Origin: an uncultured Chloroflexia bacterium
GTDB lineage: Bacteria; Chloroflexota; Limnocylindria; Limnocylindrales; CSP1-4
Reading direction: 5' to 3'
DNA: 64,000 nt
Assembly (NCBI GenBank): GCA_963734895.1
Contig: CAVTIN010000004.1
Span: forward strand, 360,889 to 424,888
A program made the translations under genes and the position numbers. The notes under the pieces were generated by a model. That model was not told where the DNA came from, did not search any database, and was given only the letters and a program-made list of their open reading frames with translations. This document shows positions 39,743 through 51,063 of the stretch, one piece after another. Numbering within the stretch: position 1 is the first letter of the stretch; every line of letters begins with the position of its first letter.

Positions 39743-40489
39743 TCACATCCGCGCTCTCAGCACGTCGACCTCGCAGCCGGGCAAGAACGGGTCAAAGCCG
39801 TGCTCGACCAGCCAACGGATCGCCAGCAGGCTTCGCAACGACCACCACCCGCGGATCACGTCGAGGTCGACATCGGTGCCGTAGCCGGCGGCGAGGTCGC
39901 AAAGGTGCTCCTCGTGTCCGAGCGTCAGGGTGGCGAGGTCGTACAGGGCATCACCTTGGCCCGCCTCGGACCAGTCGAGCACGCCGGTGACCTTGTCGCC
40001 GGCGACGAACACGTGGGCGATCTGCAGGTCACCGTGCGTGAACACCGGTCTCGACGGCCGGAGCGCAGCCTCGGCAACCCGGCGGTTGAGCGCGACCAGG
40101 TCGGCGGGAAGTACGCCACTTGTGACGAGCCAGTGGCATTCGCCGTCGAGGTGCGCTGCCGCCTCGTCGCGACGTCTGCTGGGCCATGGCGGGAGCGGCG
40201 CGTCGTGCAGCATCCGGACGGCAGCACCGGCCGCGGCCCATGCCGCCGCCGACGCGATCGACGGTTCGCCGAGACGTCCGAGTGCCACACCTGACAGGGC
40301 GGCGAGCGCGAGCACGGGCGGCTTCCGCCATAGAATCTCAGCGGTCGGGATCGGCGCCCTGGTCATCGCCTCGACCTCGACGTCGACACGCGCCTGATCG
40401 GGGTCGATCTTCAGGAACACGTCGCCGACGCGCAGCGTCGCGCGCTCGCGATGAGCGACGAGGACCTCGACTTGCTCCACGCCGGCCAT
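39743..40489 (-). CDS. aminoglycoside/choline-kinase-type phosphotransferase (APH family)
   Basis: 248 aa starting at MAGVEQ.. Contains FTHGDLQIAHVFV (catalytic loop) and LDWSEAGQGDALYDLA. Confidence 0.75.
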   Translation of the reverse strand: MAGVEQVEVLVAHRERATLRVGDVFLKIDPDQARVDVEVEAMTRAPIPTAEILWRKPPVLALAALSGVALGRLGEPSIASAAAWAAAGAAVRMLHDAPLPPWPSRRRDEAAAHLDGECHWLVTSGVLPADLVALNRRVAEAALRPSRPVFTHGDLQIAHVFVAGDKVTGVLDWSEAGQGDALYDLATLTLGHEEHLCDLAAGYGTDVDLDVIRGWWSLRSLLAIRWLVEHGFDPFLPGCEVDVLRARM

Positions 40490-40523
40490 TATCGCCGGGC
40501 AATTCGCGGTTCCATTCCTGCGC

Positions 40524-41204
40524 ATGAAGCCCGCACCATCGCTACTGGAGCGAACGTGGCAAGCACCTTGGCCAAACATCCGGTGGGGGTTCCGGATAGT
40601 ACGCGCAGGAAGGTTGTCACGAGAGGTACACGCGTTGGACTCAGGAATCGCAGAGCGCGACGCCGTTGCTCGCATGAAGGCGGGCGACATCGGTGGCCTC
40701 GCCACGCTCGTCGAGCGGTACCAGGTCCAGGCGATCCGGACGGCGTACCTGATCGTCCGCGAACGGCCGCTCGCCGAGGACATCACCCAGTCGGCGTTCA
40801 TCCGCGCATACGAGCGGATCGACCAGTTCGACGCCGGGAAGGGGTTCGGTCCATGGTTCCTGCGAAGCGTGGCCAACGACGCCATCAAGGCCGTCCAGCG
40901 CGCCCGGCGCACGGTGCCGCTCGACGGCGGGTCCGACGATGCGGGCCCGGTCGAGAGCCTCCAGGCCGATCCGGGCCGTGGGCCGCTGGCCATCCTCGAG
41001 GCAGCCGACGACGCCGCGGCCGTGTGGGACGCGCTCGGCCGCTTGCCACCGGACCAACGCGCGGTCATGGTCCTGCGCTACTTCGACGGCCTGAGCGACG
41101 CGGAGATCGCGGCCCAGGTCGATGCGCCGCCGGCCACCGTTCGCTGGCGGCTGTTCGCGGCGCGAACGAAGCTCCGCACCTGGCTCGGCGCGAGGGCGGA
41201 GTGA
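40524..41204 (+). CDS. ECF-type RNA polymerase sigma-70 factor
   Basis: Region 2 (AEDITQSAFIRAYERIDQFD..FGPWFLRSVANDAI) and region 4 (LPPDQRAVMVLRYFDGLSDAEIAAQVDAPPATVRWRLFAARTKL). The exact start is uncertain; a later TTG or GTG is possible. Confidence 0.8.
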   Translation: MKPAPSLLERTWQAPWPNIRWGFRIVRAGRLSREVHALDSGIAERDAVARMKAGDIGGLATLVERYQVQAIRTAYLIVRERPLAEDITQSAFIRAYERIDQFDAGKGFGPWFLRSVANDAIKAVQRARRTVPLDGGSDDAGPVESLQADPGRGPLAILEAADDAAAVWDALGRLPPDQRAVMVLRYFDGLSDAEIAAQVDAPPATVRWRLFAARTKLRTWLGARAE

Positions 41205-41205
41205 G

Positions 41206-41979
41206 ATGAATAGGCAACACCCCGCGAACGATCCCCGCGACGTTCGTCCTGCCCTCGAACAGGGAGCAACCGACATGCAAGCTGAAGCTCTCCGCCAGAC
41301 GCTGTCCTCGATCGCCGAGGACGCCATTCCCCAGACGACCGACCTGTGGCCCCGGATCGCTTGGCGCCTGACCGGGGAGCCAGGTCGGTCGCGGCGCTGG
41401 CTCGGGCTGCGCCTGCCACGGGTCCGGGTCCTCCAGGCCGCCGCGGTCGCGATGGCCCTCGCCGCGATCGTCCTCGTCCAGACGCTGATGCCCGGCCAGC
41501 TCACCGCTGCACAGGCGGCCGACATCGCGCGCAACGACCCGCAGGTGGCGGCGCTGCTGCGCGGCGATATCACCATCGCGACCGTCACGAGCACGGCGAA
41601 TGGCGTCGCGACGGTCGTCGTCGAGGACAGCCAGGGCCAGCAGGTGACGGTCGCGGTCGACCTCCGAAGTCGCGTTGCCACGGTCGTCTACCACGGCCCG
41701 AAGCTGTCCGACGCGCTCACGACCAAGGCCCTCGAGGTGGTGCGCACCGATCCTAGAACCAGCGCGCTCCTCGACCAGGGAGCAACCATCGGCCGGATCA
41801 TGCCGATCCAGGTCAGCTTCCAGGGCGTCGACCCGGCCACCGGCGAGCCGACCCAGGGCTCGGAGACGTGGGCGCAGGTGCCGCTCGAGCTGGACGGCAA
41901 GGAGTGGAGCGCATACGTCAACCTGCCGACGGGTCGGATCGACCAGCTCGTGAACCCGCAGGGCGAGCAGGTCCAGTAA
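41206..41979 (+). CDS. putative membrane-anchored anti-sigma factor
   Basis: Starts 2 nt after the sigma-factor stop. It has a short cytoplasmic N-terminus, a single TM (VLQAAAVAMALAAIVLV) and an extracytoplasmic domain. Confidence 0.55.
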   Translation: MNRQHPANDPRDVRPALEQGATDMQAEALRQTLSSIAEDAIPQTTDLWPRIAWRLTGEPGRSRRWLGLRLPRVRVLQAAAVAMALAAIVLVQTLMPGQLTAAQAADIARNDPQVAALLRGDITIATVTSTANGVATVVVEDSQGQQVTVAVDLRSRVATVVYHGPKLSDALTTKALEVVRTDPRTSALLDQGATIGRIMPIQVSFQGVDPATGEPTQGSETWAQVPLELDGKEWSAYVNLPTGRIDQLVNPQGEQVQ

Positions 41980-42004
41980 CCCTGGCCTCGAGCCCGGGGC
42001 CGCG

Positions 42005-42685
42005 TCAGGCGCGAGTTCGGGCTCGCTCGAGTCCGTCGAGGATCAGGTCGAGCCCGAACTCGAACTCGTCGGCGTAGTCGTAGCCGGGCTGCAGCACGTG
42101 TTCCACCGTGAGCTCGGCGAGATAGGGGTACCTGTCCGCGGGTAGCTGCCGGAGGAGATGAGCCGCGGCCGCCGCTGCCTGTTCGGGGGTGTCCAGCGGC
42201 ATCATCCGCTGCTGTTGGGCGAAGCCGTAGACATAGCTGTCGAGCACGGAATAGGCGTGCGCGGCCAGCTCGATCGAGAACCCGTCCTCCCGGAGGCTCC
42301 GGATCACCGCATCGTGATGCTCCAGCGTGGCCGGCCCCGGATTGGCCCGCGATTCCATGAGGCTCGTGGCCCAGGGGTGCCGTTCGAGCACCCTCAGCGC
42401 CGAGATCGCTCGTTGCCGCATCGCCGCCTTCCAGCCGGCGCCGTCCGGCGGGAGGCCGATCTCGCCGAACACGATGTCCACCATGCCGTCGAGCAGGTCC
42501 TCCTTGTTGGCGACGTGGTTGTACAGCGACATCGCCTCGACCCCCAGCGCACCTGCCAGCTTGCGCATCGAGAGGGCCTCGATCCCGCCGGCATCCGCCA
42601 GCGCGAGCGCGCTACGCACGACACGGTCCCGGTTCAGGCGGATCCGGGGCCCCGCGCCCGGGTTGGGTTGCATGGTCATCTCCAT
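42005..42685 (-). CDS. TetR/AcrR family transcriptional regulator
   Basis: HTH region [47 protein letters not shown] plus a TetR C-terminal helical domain. Confidence 0.85.
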   Translation of the reverse strand: MEMTMQPNPGAGPRIRLNRDRVVRSALALADAGGIEALSMRKLAGALGVEAMSLYNHVANKEDLLDGMVDIVFGEIGLPPDGAGWKAAMRQRAISALRVLERHPWATSLMESRANPGPATLEHHDAVIRSLREDGFSIELAAHAYSVLDSYVYGFAQQQRMMPLDTPEQAAAAAAHLLRQLPADRYPYLAELTVEHVLQPGYDYADEFEFGLDLILDGLERARTRA

Positions 42686-42733
42686 CGTCGATCCCGGCGG
42701 CCAACCGCAGGCGGCAGGTTCGGGTATTGACAA

Positions 42734-42778
42734 ACTTACACCGTATGTATATGGTTCGCCAAGACTTACATCGTAAGT
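42734..42778. promoter_or_regulatory. two TetR-operator-like palindromes
   Basis: ACTTACACCGTATGT (42734-42748, imperfect) and ACTTACATCGTAAGT (42764-42778, perfect 6-3-6 palindrome) lie in the AT-richer TetR/DUF4386 intergenic region. Confidence 0.55.
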
Positions 42779-42809
42779 AGTCGTTGACCCGAACAGTCGT
42801 TGACCCGAA
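42779..42809 (+). repeat. 15-nt direct repeat AGTCGTTGACCCGAA x2 immediately upstream of the DUF4386 SD/start
   Basis: Copies at 42779-42793 and 42795-42809. Each contains TTGACC. They are followed by GAAGGAGGG and the ATG at 42821. Confidence 0.8.
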
Positions 42810-42820
42810 GGAGGGATCAG

Positions 42821-43543
42821 ATGCGCGCCCCCAAGCGTCTCGCGAGAATCGCCGGACTCCTCTACCTGATCGTCGCCATCTTCGGCGGCTTTGCCCAGTT
42901 CGGTGTTCGTACCCAGGTGTACGTCGCCGGCGATGCCGCCACCACGGCCGGGAACGTCGTCGCGAACGCCGGGCTCGTCCGCGTCGGCGTGGTTGCCGAC
43001 CTGCTGCAGGCGACGGTCTTCGTGTTCCTTGCGATGACGCTCTACCTGCTGCTCAAGGACGTGAACCGGAACGCGGCCCGCGCGATGGTGGTCCTGGTCG
43101 CGATCGCCACCACGATCATGTGCCTCAACATGGTTTTCCAGTTCGCCGCCCTGCTGGTCGCAACCGACCAGTCCTACGTGACGGCCTTCGGCACCGCCGG
43201 AGCCAGCGCCCTGGTGCAGCTGCTGCTCGACATCCAGCACTACGGGTTCCTCATCGCCCAGATCTTCTTCGGCCTGTGGCTGGTGCCCCTCGGCTACCTC
43301 GCCTTCCGGTCGGAGATGTTCCCGCGACCGCTGAGCGTCCTGCTCGTCGTGGGTGGCGTCTGCTACCTGGCGGACATGCTCGTGCTGTTCCTGGCCCCCG
43401 ACTTCGGCGCCCAGATCAACGAGATCATCGTGATCCCGTCCACGGTCGCCGAGCTCTGGATGGTGGGATACCTGCTCCTCAAAGGGGTCCGGTCCCCGCG
43501 CAGTGCAGGAAGTGTGCCGGCGATGGCGCCTGCCGCCGCCTGA
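42821..43543 (+). CDS. DUF4386 family membrane protein
   Basis: The start is chosen at the ATG with a strong [22 protein letters not shown].. and multiple TM helices match my memory of DUF4386. Confidence 0.65.
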   Translation: MRAPKRLARIAGLLYLIVAIFGGFAQFGVRTQVYVAGDAATTAGNVVANAGLVRVGVVADLLQATVFVFLAMTLYLLLKDVNRNAARAMVVLVAIATTIMCLNMVFQFAALLVATDQSYVTAFGTAGASALVQLLLDIQHYGFLIAQIFFGLWLVPLGYLAFRSEMFPRPLSVLLVVGGVCYLADMLVLFLAPDFGAQINEIIVIPSTVAELWMVGYLLLKGVRSPRSAGSVPAMAPAAA

Positions 43544-45931
<2,388 letters not shown>

Positions 45932-45976
45932 TCCCGGGAGGCGGGGGAGCCGTCGACGGGACGTCGCGCCGTCTCC

Positions 45977-46290
45977 TCAGCCGTGCGGGGGCGCCACGGC
46001 CGGCTCCTCACCAACGCGATCCCGGCCGCCTTCCTTCGCCGCGCAAAGCGCCCGATCCGCGCGATCGACCACGTAGCCGTCCGAATCTCCGGGTCGCCAT
46101 ACCGCCACGCCCGAGGCTGGCGGTGACCGTCTCGGGTACGCCCGGGGGAGATGCCTCCCGGATCGGTTGAGATGACGCGCCGTCATGACACGGGTTGGCG
46201 AGCGACCGACCCTGAACGTGGACGTGTTTGCCCGTCATGATCTCGCCGCCCGTCCGAGCGGCCATCCTCGAGCGACGCCATCGGGAGGTC
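45977..46290 (-). pseudogene. remnant of a GGDEF-domain gene (C-terminal fragment, frameshifted)
   Basis: ORF 45977..46186 ends ..[33 protein letters not shown] (the GGDEF C-terminal ADxALYxAKxxGRNRV pattern). The preceding ..ETVTASLG lies in another frame (ORF 46008..46346). No intact N-terminal part exists. Confidence 0.5.
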
Positions 46291-46291
46291 G

Positions 46292-49200
46292 ATGAGCGAA
46301 CAGCGGGCCGGGGCTGCGAGTCGACGGGGCGAGATGAACCTGGCAAGGCGGCAGGACGACGAACGGGCCGCAGCGGCGCGCCGTGATGAGGCGACCCAGC
46401 GATTCGAGGTGCGGCGGTTCCTCAACCTCCTGATCGTCACGGCCATGATCACCATGCTGATCGATGTCATCGCGTCAATCGCCATCGGCAGTCCCCGGTG
46501 GTTCGCGCCGGTGATCGTGGGAGGATTGGTCGGCGGATGGCTTGCGGCGGGACCCCGCCGCGCGATCGATCACGGCAATGTCCAGGCGATCGTGAGTCGG
46601 GTGGCGATCGTGGTCATCGCCTGGATCCTCGTGGTGGCGTTGTTCCAGCCGTTCCTCGCGCTTGCCCTGGTGCCGGCCTACCTGGTGCCGGTCGCGATGG
46701 GCCTGCCGTACCTCGAAGGGCGAGGGCTTCGTCTGGTCATGGGCCTTGCGTGGGTGGCGGCCATTGGCTCCATGCTCGTCCATCTCCTCCCCGACGACGC
46801 GGCCCCGGCTGTGGTCGAGACAATCGTGGAGGTGGTGGCCCTCGTCACGGTGATCGGGGTCGTCTTCGTCGTCCTGAACCGGGGTGCGGTGACCCTCAAG
46901 GCCTCGGGTCGTGAGTTCCGCCGGCTGTTCCAGCTGTCATCCGACCTCGCCGAGACGACCGATCCGGGGGTGCTCGGCCCGCTTGTCGCGCGGCACCTCG
47001 CCGAGGCGACCGGGTTCGACGACTGCGTCATCTACGCGCTCGCACCAGACACGGACCGCCTCGCCCCGTTCGGATCGCATCCCGTCGAGCGTTCGCTCGA
47101 GACGGCTCCCGAGTCGATCGCGGCGCGGCCCATGCTCGCGCGCGTTGCCAACGATCAGGCGTCGTCCGTGATCGACGTGGCCGACGAGCAGGCGGACCCG
47201 CTCGAACGTGACCGCCTCCGGGCCCTCGGTCGAACAACCATGCTGCTCCTGCCCCTCACGGCCCAGGAGCGCTCGGTCGGGATCGCCGAGCTGACGAGCG
47301 CCGTGCCCCACTCGATCGACGTACGAGTGCTCGCCCTCGCCCGGACGCTGACGTTCGAGGCGGCCATGGCGATCGAGAACGGGCGGCTCTACCAGGAGCT
47401 CCGCCATCGGTCGCTCCACGATCCGCTCACCGGTCTCGCCAACCGGAGCCTGTTCGACGATCGCGCGGAGCATGCCATCGCCCGGCAGGCTCGCAAGGAT
47501 GGGACAGGGGTCGCGGTCCTGTTCATGGACCTCGATGGGTTCAAGACCATCAACGACACGCTCGGTCATGCCCGGGGCGACCGGCTGCTGACCCTCATCG
47601 GCGAGCGGCTGCGGACGGTGGCCAGGGCAGGCGATACCGTGGCTCGTCTCGGCGGTGACGAGTTCGCATTACTGCTCGAGGACGTGGCCTCCGTCGACGC
47701 CGCGCTCGCCGTGGCCGCGCGGGTGGTCGATGCTGTTGCCGAACCGTTCGATCTTGCCGGTCAGCACACCAGGACATCGGTCTCGATCGGTGTGGCGTTC
47801 CGGACTGCGCAGGACGCCACCCTCGACGATCTGCTCGCGGATGCGGATGCCGCGATGTACGAGGCGAAGGCGGCCGGCAAGGGCCGGGCCGTGCTATCAG
47901 CGGGCAGTCGCGTCGCCCAGGATCTGGGCCCCGCAGCCACGTCGGCCGAGGCCATGACCACGCCGCACATCCCTGCGGTCGTCGTCGAGATGCCGAGGCT
48001 GCGAGACGACGGGGGCGAGGCAGGCCCCACGAAACGATCCGGGGACGAAAGGGCTGCAGCCCCAAGCCCCGACAACGCGATCCAGCGAGTCGAGGTGCGG
48101 CGGTTCCTCAGTATCCTGATCGTCACGACGCTGATCGGTGGCACCATGGTCACCATCGCGGCCATCGCCGTCGACAATCCAAGGTGGTTTGCGACGACGA
48201 TCCTTGCCGTCGCGACCTCCACCTGGCTCGCCGCCTTCCCCCGCCGCGCCGTCGACCACGAACCCATCGAGACGGTCGTCAGCCAGGTCGCGATCGTGCT
48301 CACGGGCACCATCGTCGTGGTCGCGATCGTCCAGCCGTTCCTCGCGCTGGTCCTGGCGCCGGCCACGCTGTTGCCGGTCGCGCTCGGTCTTCCCTACCTT
48401 GCGGGGCGGTCGCTCCGCCACCTGATGGTTTCTGCCTGGGTGGCAACCGTGGCAATCGTGTTTGCAGGTCTCTTCCCCGACGACGCGGTCCCGCCCACGG
48501 TCGCGATCCTCGTGCGTATGTGGGTCCTCGCCACCGTGATCGGGCTTGTCTTCTTCCTCCTGTACCGGTCGGCCGAGGGCCTCAAGGCCTCGGGTCGTGA
48601 GTTCCGCCGGCTGTTCCAGCTGTCATCCGACCTCGCCGAGACGACCGATCCGGGGGTGCTCGGCCCGCTTGTCGCGCGGCACCTCGCCGAGGCGACCGGG
48701 TTCGACGACTGCGTCATCTACGCGCTCGCACCAGACACGGACCGCCTCGCCCCGTTCGGATCGCATCCCGTCGAGCGTTCGCTCGAGACGGCTCCCGAGT
48801 CGATCGCGGCGCGGCCCATGCTCGCGCGCGTTGCCAACGATCAGGCGTCGTCCGTGATCGACGTGGCCGACGAGCAGGCGGACCCGCTCGAACGTGACCG
48901 CCTCCGGGCCCTCGGTCGAACAACCATGCTGCTCCTGCCCCTCACGGCCCAGGAGCGCTCGGTCGGGATCGCCGAGCTGACGAGCGCCGTGCCCCACTCG
49001 ATCGACGTACGAGTGCTCGCCCTCGCCCGGACGCTGACGTTCGAGGCGGCCATGGCGATCGAGAACGGGCGGCTCTACCAGGAGCTCCGCCATCGGTCGC
49101 TCCACGATCCGCTCACCGGTCTCGCCAACCGGAGCCTGTTCGACGATCGCGCGGAGCATGCCATCGCCCGGCAGGCTCGCAAGGATGGGACAGGGGTCGC

Positions 49201-50104
49201 GGTCCTGTTCATGGACCTCGATGGGTTCAAGACCATCAACGACACGCTCGGTCATGCCCGGGGCGACCGGCTGCTGACCCTCATCGGCGAGCGGCTGCGG
49301 ACGGTGGCCAGGGCAGGCGATACCGTGGCTCGTCTCGGCGGTGACGAGTTCGCATTACTGCTCGAGGACGTGGCCTCCGTCGACGCCGCGCTCGCCGTGG
49401 CCGCGCGGGTGGTCGATGCTGTTGCCGAACCGTTCGATCTTGCCGGTCAGCACACCAGGACATCGGTCTCGATCGGTGTGGCGTTCCGGACTGCGCAGGA
49501 CGCCACCCTCGACGATCTGCTCGCGGATGCGGATGCCGCGATGTACGAGGCGAAGGCGGCCGGCAAGGGCCGGGCCGTGCTATCAGCGGGCAGTCGCGTC
49601 GCCCAGGATCTGGGCCCGCAGCCACGTCGGCCGGGTGACCGCCGGTCGGCACTCCATTCCGCGCGCTGGTTGAGCCGGGACGGAGCGGTTGCCCGTTTGT
49701 GCACATCCGTGCCGGATCGTTCACGAGCGTACCGGGGACACTGGTGCTCGGGGATCGCGGGCTCCGAGGAACGGAGCGGAGAGGGAACGGGCCCTCACGG
49801 GCCGCAGTCAGTCAGGCGCTCGACCCCGATGCCCGCGCTCTGGGCGGGACGCGCTTCCCGGGTGAGGTCCTCCCTGACGTACACGATGGCGTGGCGATCA
49901 GGGCTTCGGCAGCGCCGCGGCGGTTACAGTGCGACCGTGGAACCCCGCGTTCTGTTGCTCCACCGGTCGTGTGTGAGGCCCCGGGACCGCGCAGTGGGCG
50001 AGCCGTCGCGTCGATACGATGGCGTCGGGGACCGCCTGCAGCCTTGGTCTCGGACGGCGCATCGGACTGTCGTCCCGTATCGATCGCATGGGCAGGAACG
50101 ATGA
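46292..50104 (+). CDS. tandem double membrane-sensor/GAF/GGDEF diguanylate cyclase, read as one 1270-aa ORF in this sequence
   Basis: Two modules are present, 46292-~47950 and ~47990-~49636. Each has about five TM helices, a GAF-like region and GGDEF (RLGGDEFALLL). Module 2 could start at the ATG at 47990. The last ~160 aa (49617-50104) are Arg/Ser-rich out-of-frame read-through. Confidence 0.65.
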   Translation: MSEQRAGAASRRGEMNLARRQDDERAAAARRDEATQRFEVRRFLNLLIVTAMITMLIDVIASIAIGSPRWFAPVIVGGLVGGWLAAGPRRAIDHGNVQAIVSRVAIVVIAWILVVALFQPFLALALVPAYLVPVAMGLPYLEGRGLRLVMGLAWVAAIGSMLVHLLPDDAAPAVVETIVEVVALVTVIGVVFVVLNRGAVTLKASGREFRRLFQLSSDLAETTDPGVLGPLVARHLAEATGFDDCVIYALAPDTDRLAPFGSHPVERSLETAPESIAARPMLARVANDQASSVIDVADEQADPLERDRLRALGRTTMLLLPLTAQERSVGIAELTSAVPHSIDVRVLALARTLTFEAAMAIENGRLYQELRHRSLHDPLTGLANRSLFDDRAEHAIARQARKDGTGVAVLFMDLDGFKTINDTLGHARGDRLLTLIGERLRTVARAGDTVARLGGDEFALLLEDVASVDAALAVAARVVDAVAEPFDLAGQHTRTSVSIGVAFRTAQDATLDDLLADADAAMYEAKAAGKGRAVLSAGSRVAQDLGPAATSAEAMTTPHIPAVVVEMPRLRDDGGEAGPTKRSGDERAAAPSPDNAIQRVEVRRFLSILIVTTLIGGTMVTIAAIAVDNPRWFATTILAVATSTWLAAFPRRAVDHEPIETVVSQVAIVLTGTIVVVAIVQPFLALVLAPATLLPVALGLPYLAGRSLRHLMVSAWVATVAIVFAGLFPDDAVPPTVAILVRMWVLATVIGLVFFLLYRSAEGLKASGREFRRLFQLSSDLAETTDPGVLGPLVARHLAEATGFDDCVIYALAPDTDRLAPFGSHPVERSLETAPESIAARPMLARVANDQASSVIDVADEQADPLERDRLRALGRTTMLLLPLTAQERSVGIAELTSAVPHSIDVRVLALARTLTFEAAMAIENGRLYQELRHRSLHDPLTGLANRSLFDDRAEHAIARQARKDGTGVAVLFMDLDGFKTINDTLGHARGDRLLTLIGERLRTVARAGDTVARLGGDEFALLLEDVASVDAALAVAARVVDAVAEPFDLAGQHTRTSVSIGVAFRTAQDATLDDLLADADAAMYEAKAAGKGRAVLSAGSRVAQDLGPQPRRPGDRRSALHSARWLSRDGAVARLCTSVPDRSRAYRGHWCSGIAGSEERSGEGTGPHGPQSVRRSTPMPALWAGRASRVRSSLTYTMAWRSGLRQRRGGYSATVEPRVLLLHRSCVRPRDRAVGEPSRRYDGVGDRLQPWSRTAHRTVVPYRSHGQER
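46894..47931 (+). repeat. copy 1 of a 1,038-bp perfect direct repeat (GAF-GGDEF coding part)
   Basis: Identical to 48580-49617 (offset 1686 bp). The duplicated reverse-strand ORFs in the track (46937..47569 = 48623..49255) confirm this. Confidence 0.95.
48580..49617 (+). repeat. copy 2 of the 1,038-bp perfect direct repeat
   Basis: See copy 1. After the repeat, copy 1 has CCCC and copy 2 has CCC, followed by 16 more identical nt. Confidence 0.95.
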
Positions 50105-50925
50105 AACCAGCCGACGTCACGATCATTGTGACAACCTTCAACCGGCCGGAATGGCTGGCTGTCTCCGTGTTCTCGATCCTCTCGAGTGCCGCGAATGCGA
50201 GCCGCTCAGGCATCACGACAAGGATCCTTGTCGTTGATGATGGATCCGAGGGTTCGGGTACGCGAGACGTCGCGGCAAGGGCCGGAGTCGACTACCTCCG
50301 AATTGCGGCGAACAGTGGCCGTGCGACGCCCTCGTTCGGCCGCGTCGCGGGCCTTCAGGTGGCCGACAGCCCCTTCGTGGCGTTCTTTGACGACGACGAC
50401 GCAATGCTCCCGCGGTGGATCCCCCTGCACGTCGCCCGCCTGCGCGAAGGCCACGACGTCTGCTCCACCGCGTTCTGGCGGACCGACTCCGAGCTGCTCC
50501 CGACGAGGTTGGTGTCACTGCCGGCCGTGACATTCGGCGACCTTCTCGACGGCCGCTTCGCGGTGAACGACGGGAGCCTCATGCGCCGCTCGGCCCTTGA
50601 CGGGTCAAACCTCGACCCCGAGCTCGAGAACGTCATGCTTGCCGATCTTTGGCTCGACATGGCATTCCGCGGATGCGCGTTCACGCGCTTGGATGAGGCG
50701 ACCTTCCTGTATCGCCGGCACGGCACAAACTCCTCGGATCACCTCACTGCGCTCGACGCCGAGACCCGTCGCGCAGTCCTGGCGCGCCACCGCCAGCGGG
50801 TCATTGCCCGCGACGGTTCGTTGCCTGCGCCCACGCCCCGGCCCGCCCCTCCGCCGAGGCAGCGCTCGCGGCTCACAAGCTGGCGCCGCTTCGCGGGCCG
50901 CGTCCTGAGGAACCGTCAAGGCTGA
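50101..50925 (+). CDS. family 2 glycosyltransferase
   Basis: The ATG at 50101 gives MKPADVTIIVTTFNRPEWL.., VVDDGS and FFDDDD (DxD) motifs. Confidence 0.8.
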   Translation: MKPADVTIIVTTFNRPEWLAVSVFSILSSAANASRSGITTRILVVDDGSEGSGTRDVAARAGVDYLRIAANSGRATPSFGRVAGLQVADSPFVAFFDDDDAMLPRWIPLHVARLREGHDVCSTAFWRTDSELLPTRLVSLPAVTFGDLLDGRFAVNDGSLMRRSALDGSNLDPELENVMLADLWLDMAFRGCAFTRLDEATFLYRRHGTNSSDHLTALDAETRRAVLARHRQRVIARDGSLPAPTPRPAPPPRQRSRLTSWRRFAGRVLRNRQG

Positions 50926-51063
50926 AGCCCCCGGAAAGCGGGAGGGCCGTCCGCCAGGACCGTCCGACAGGACCGCCGACAGGCCGGACGGCCGTAGCCA
51001 CGTCGCTGCCACTGTCCTAGGGTCGGCGACAGACGTCGCCGGAAAACGCAGCAAGGACGGCCG

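Noticed and set aside
49617-50104. C-terminal ~160 aa of the 1270-aa ORF as a real domain
   Set aside because: It is an Arg/Ser/Gly-rich out-of-frame continuation created by the C3 run at 49615-49617, and it overlaps the promoter/start region of the GT2 gene.
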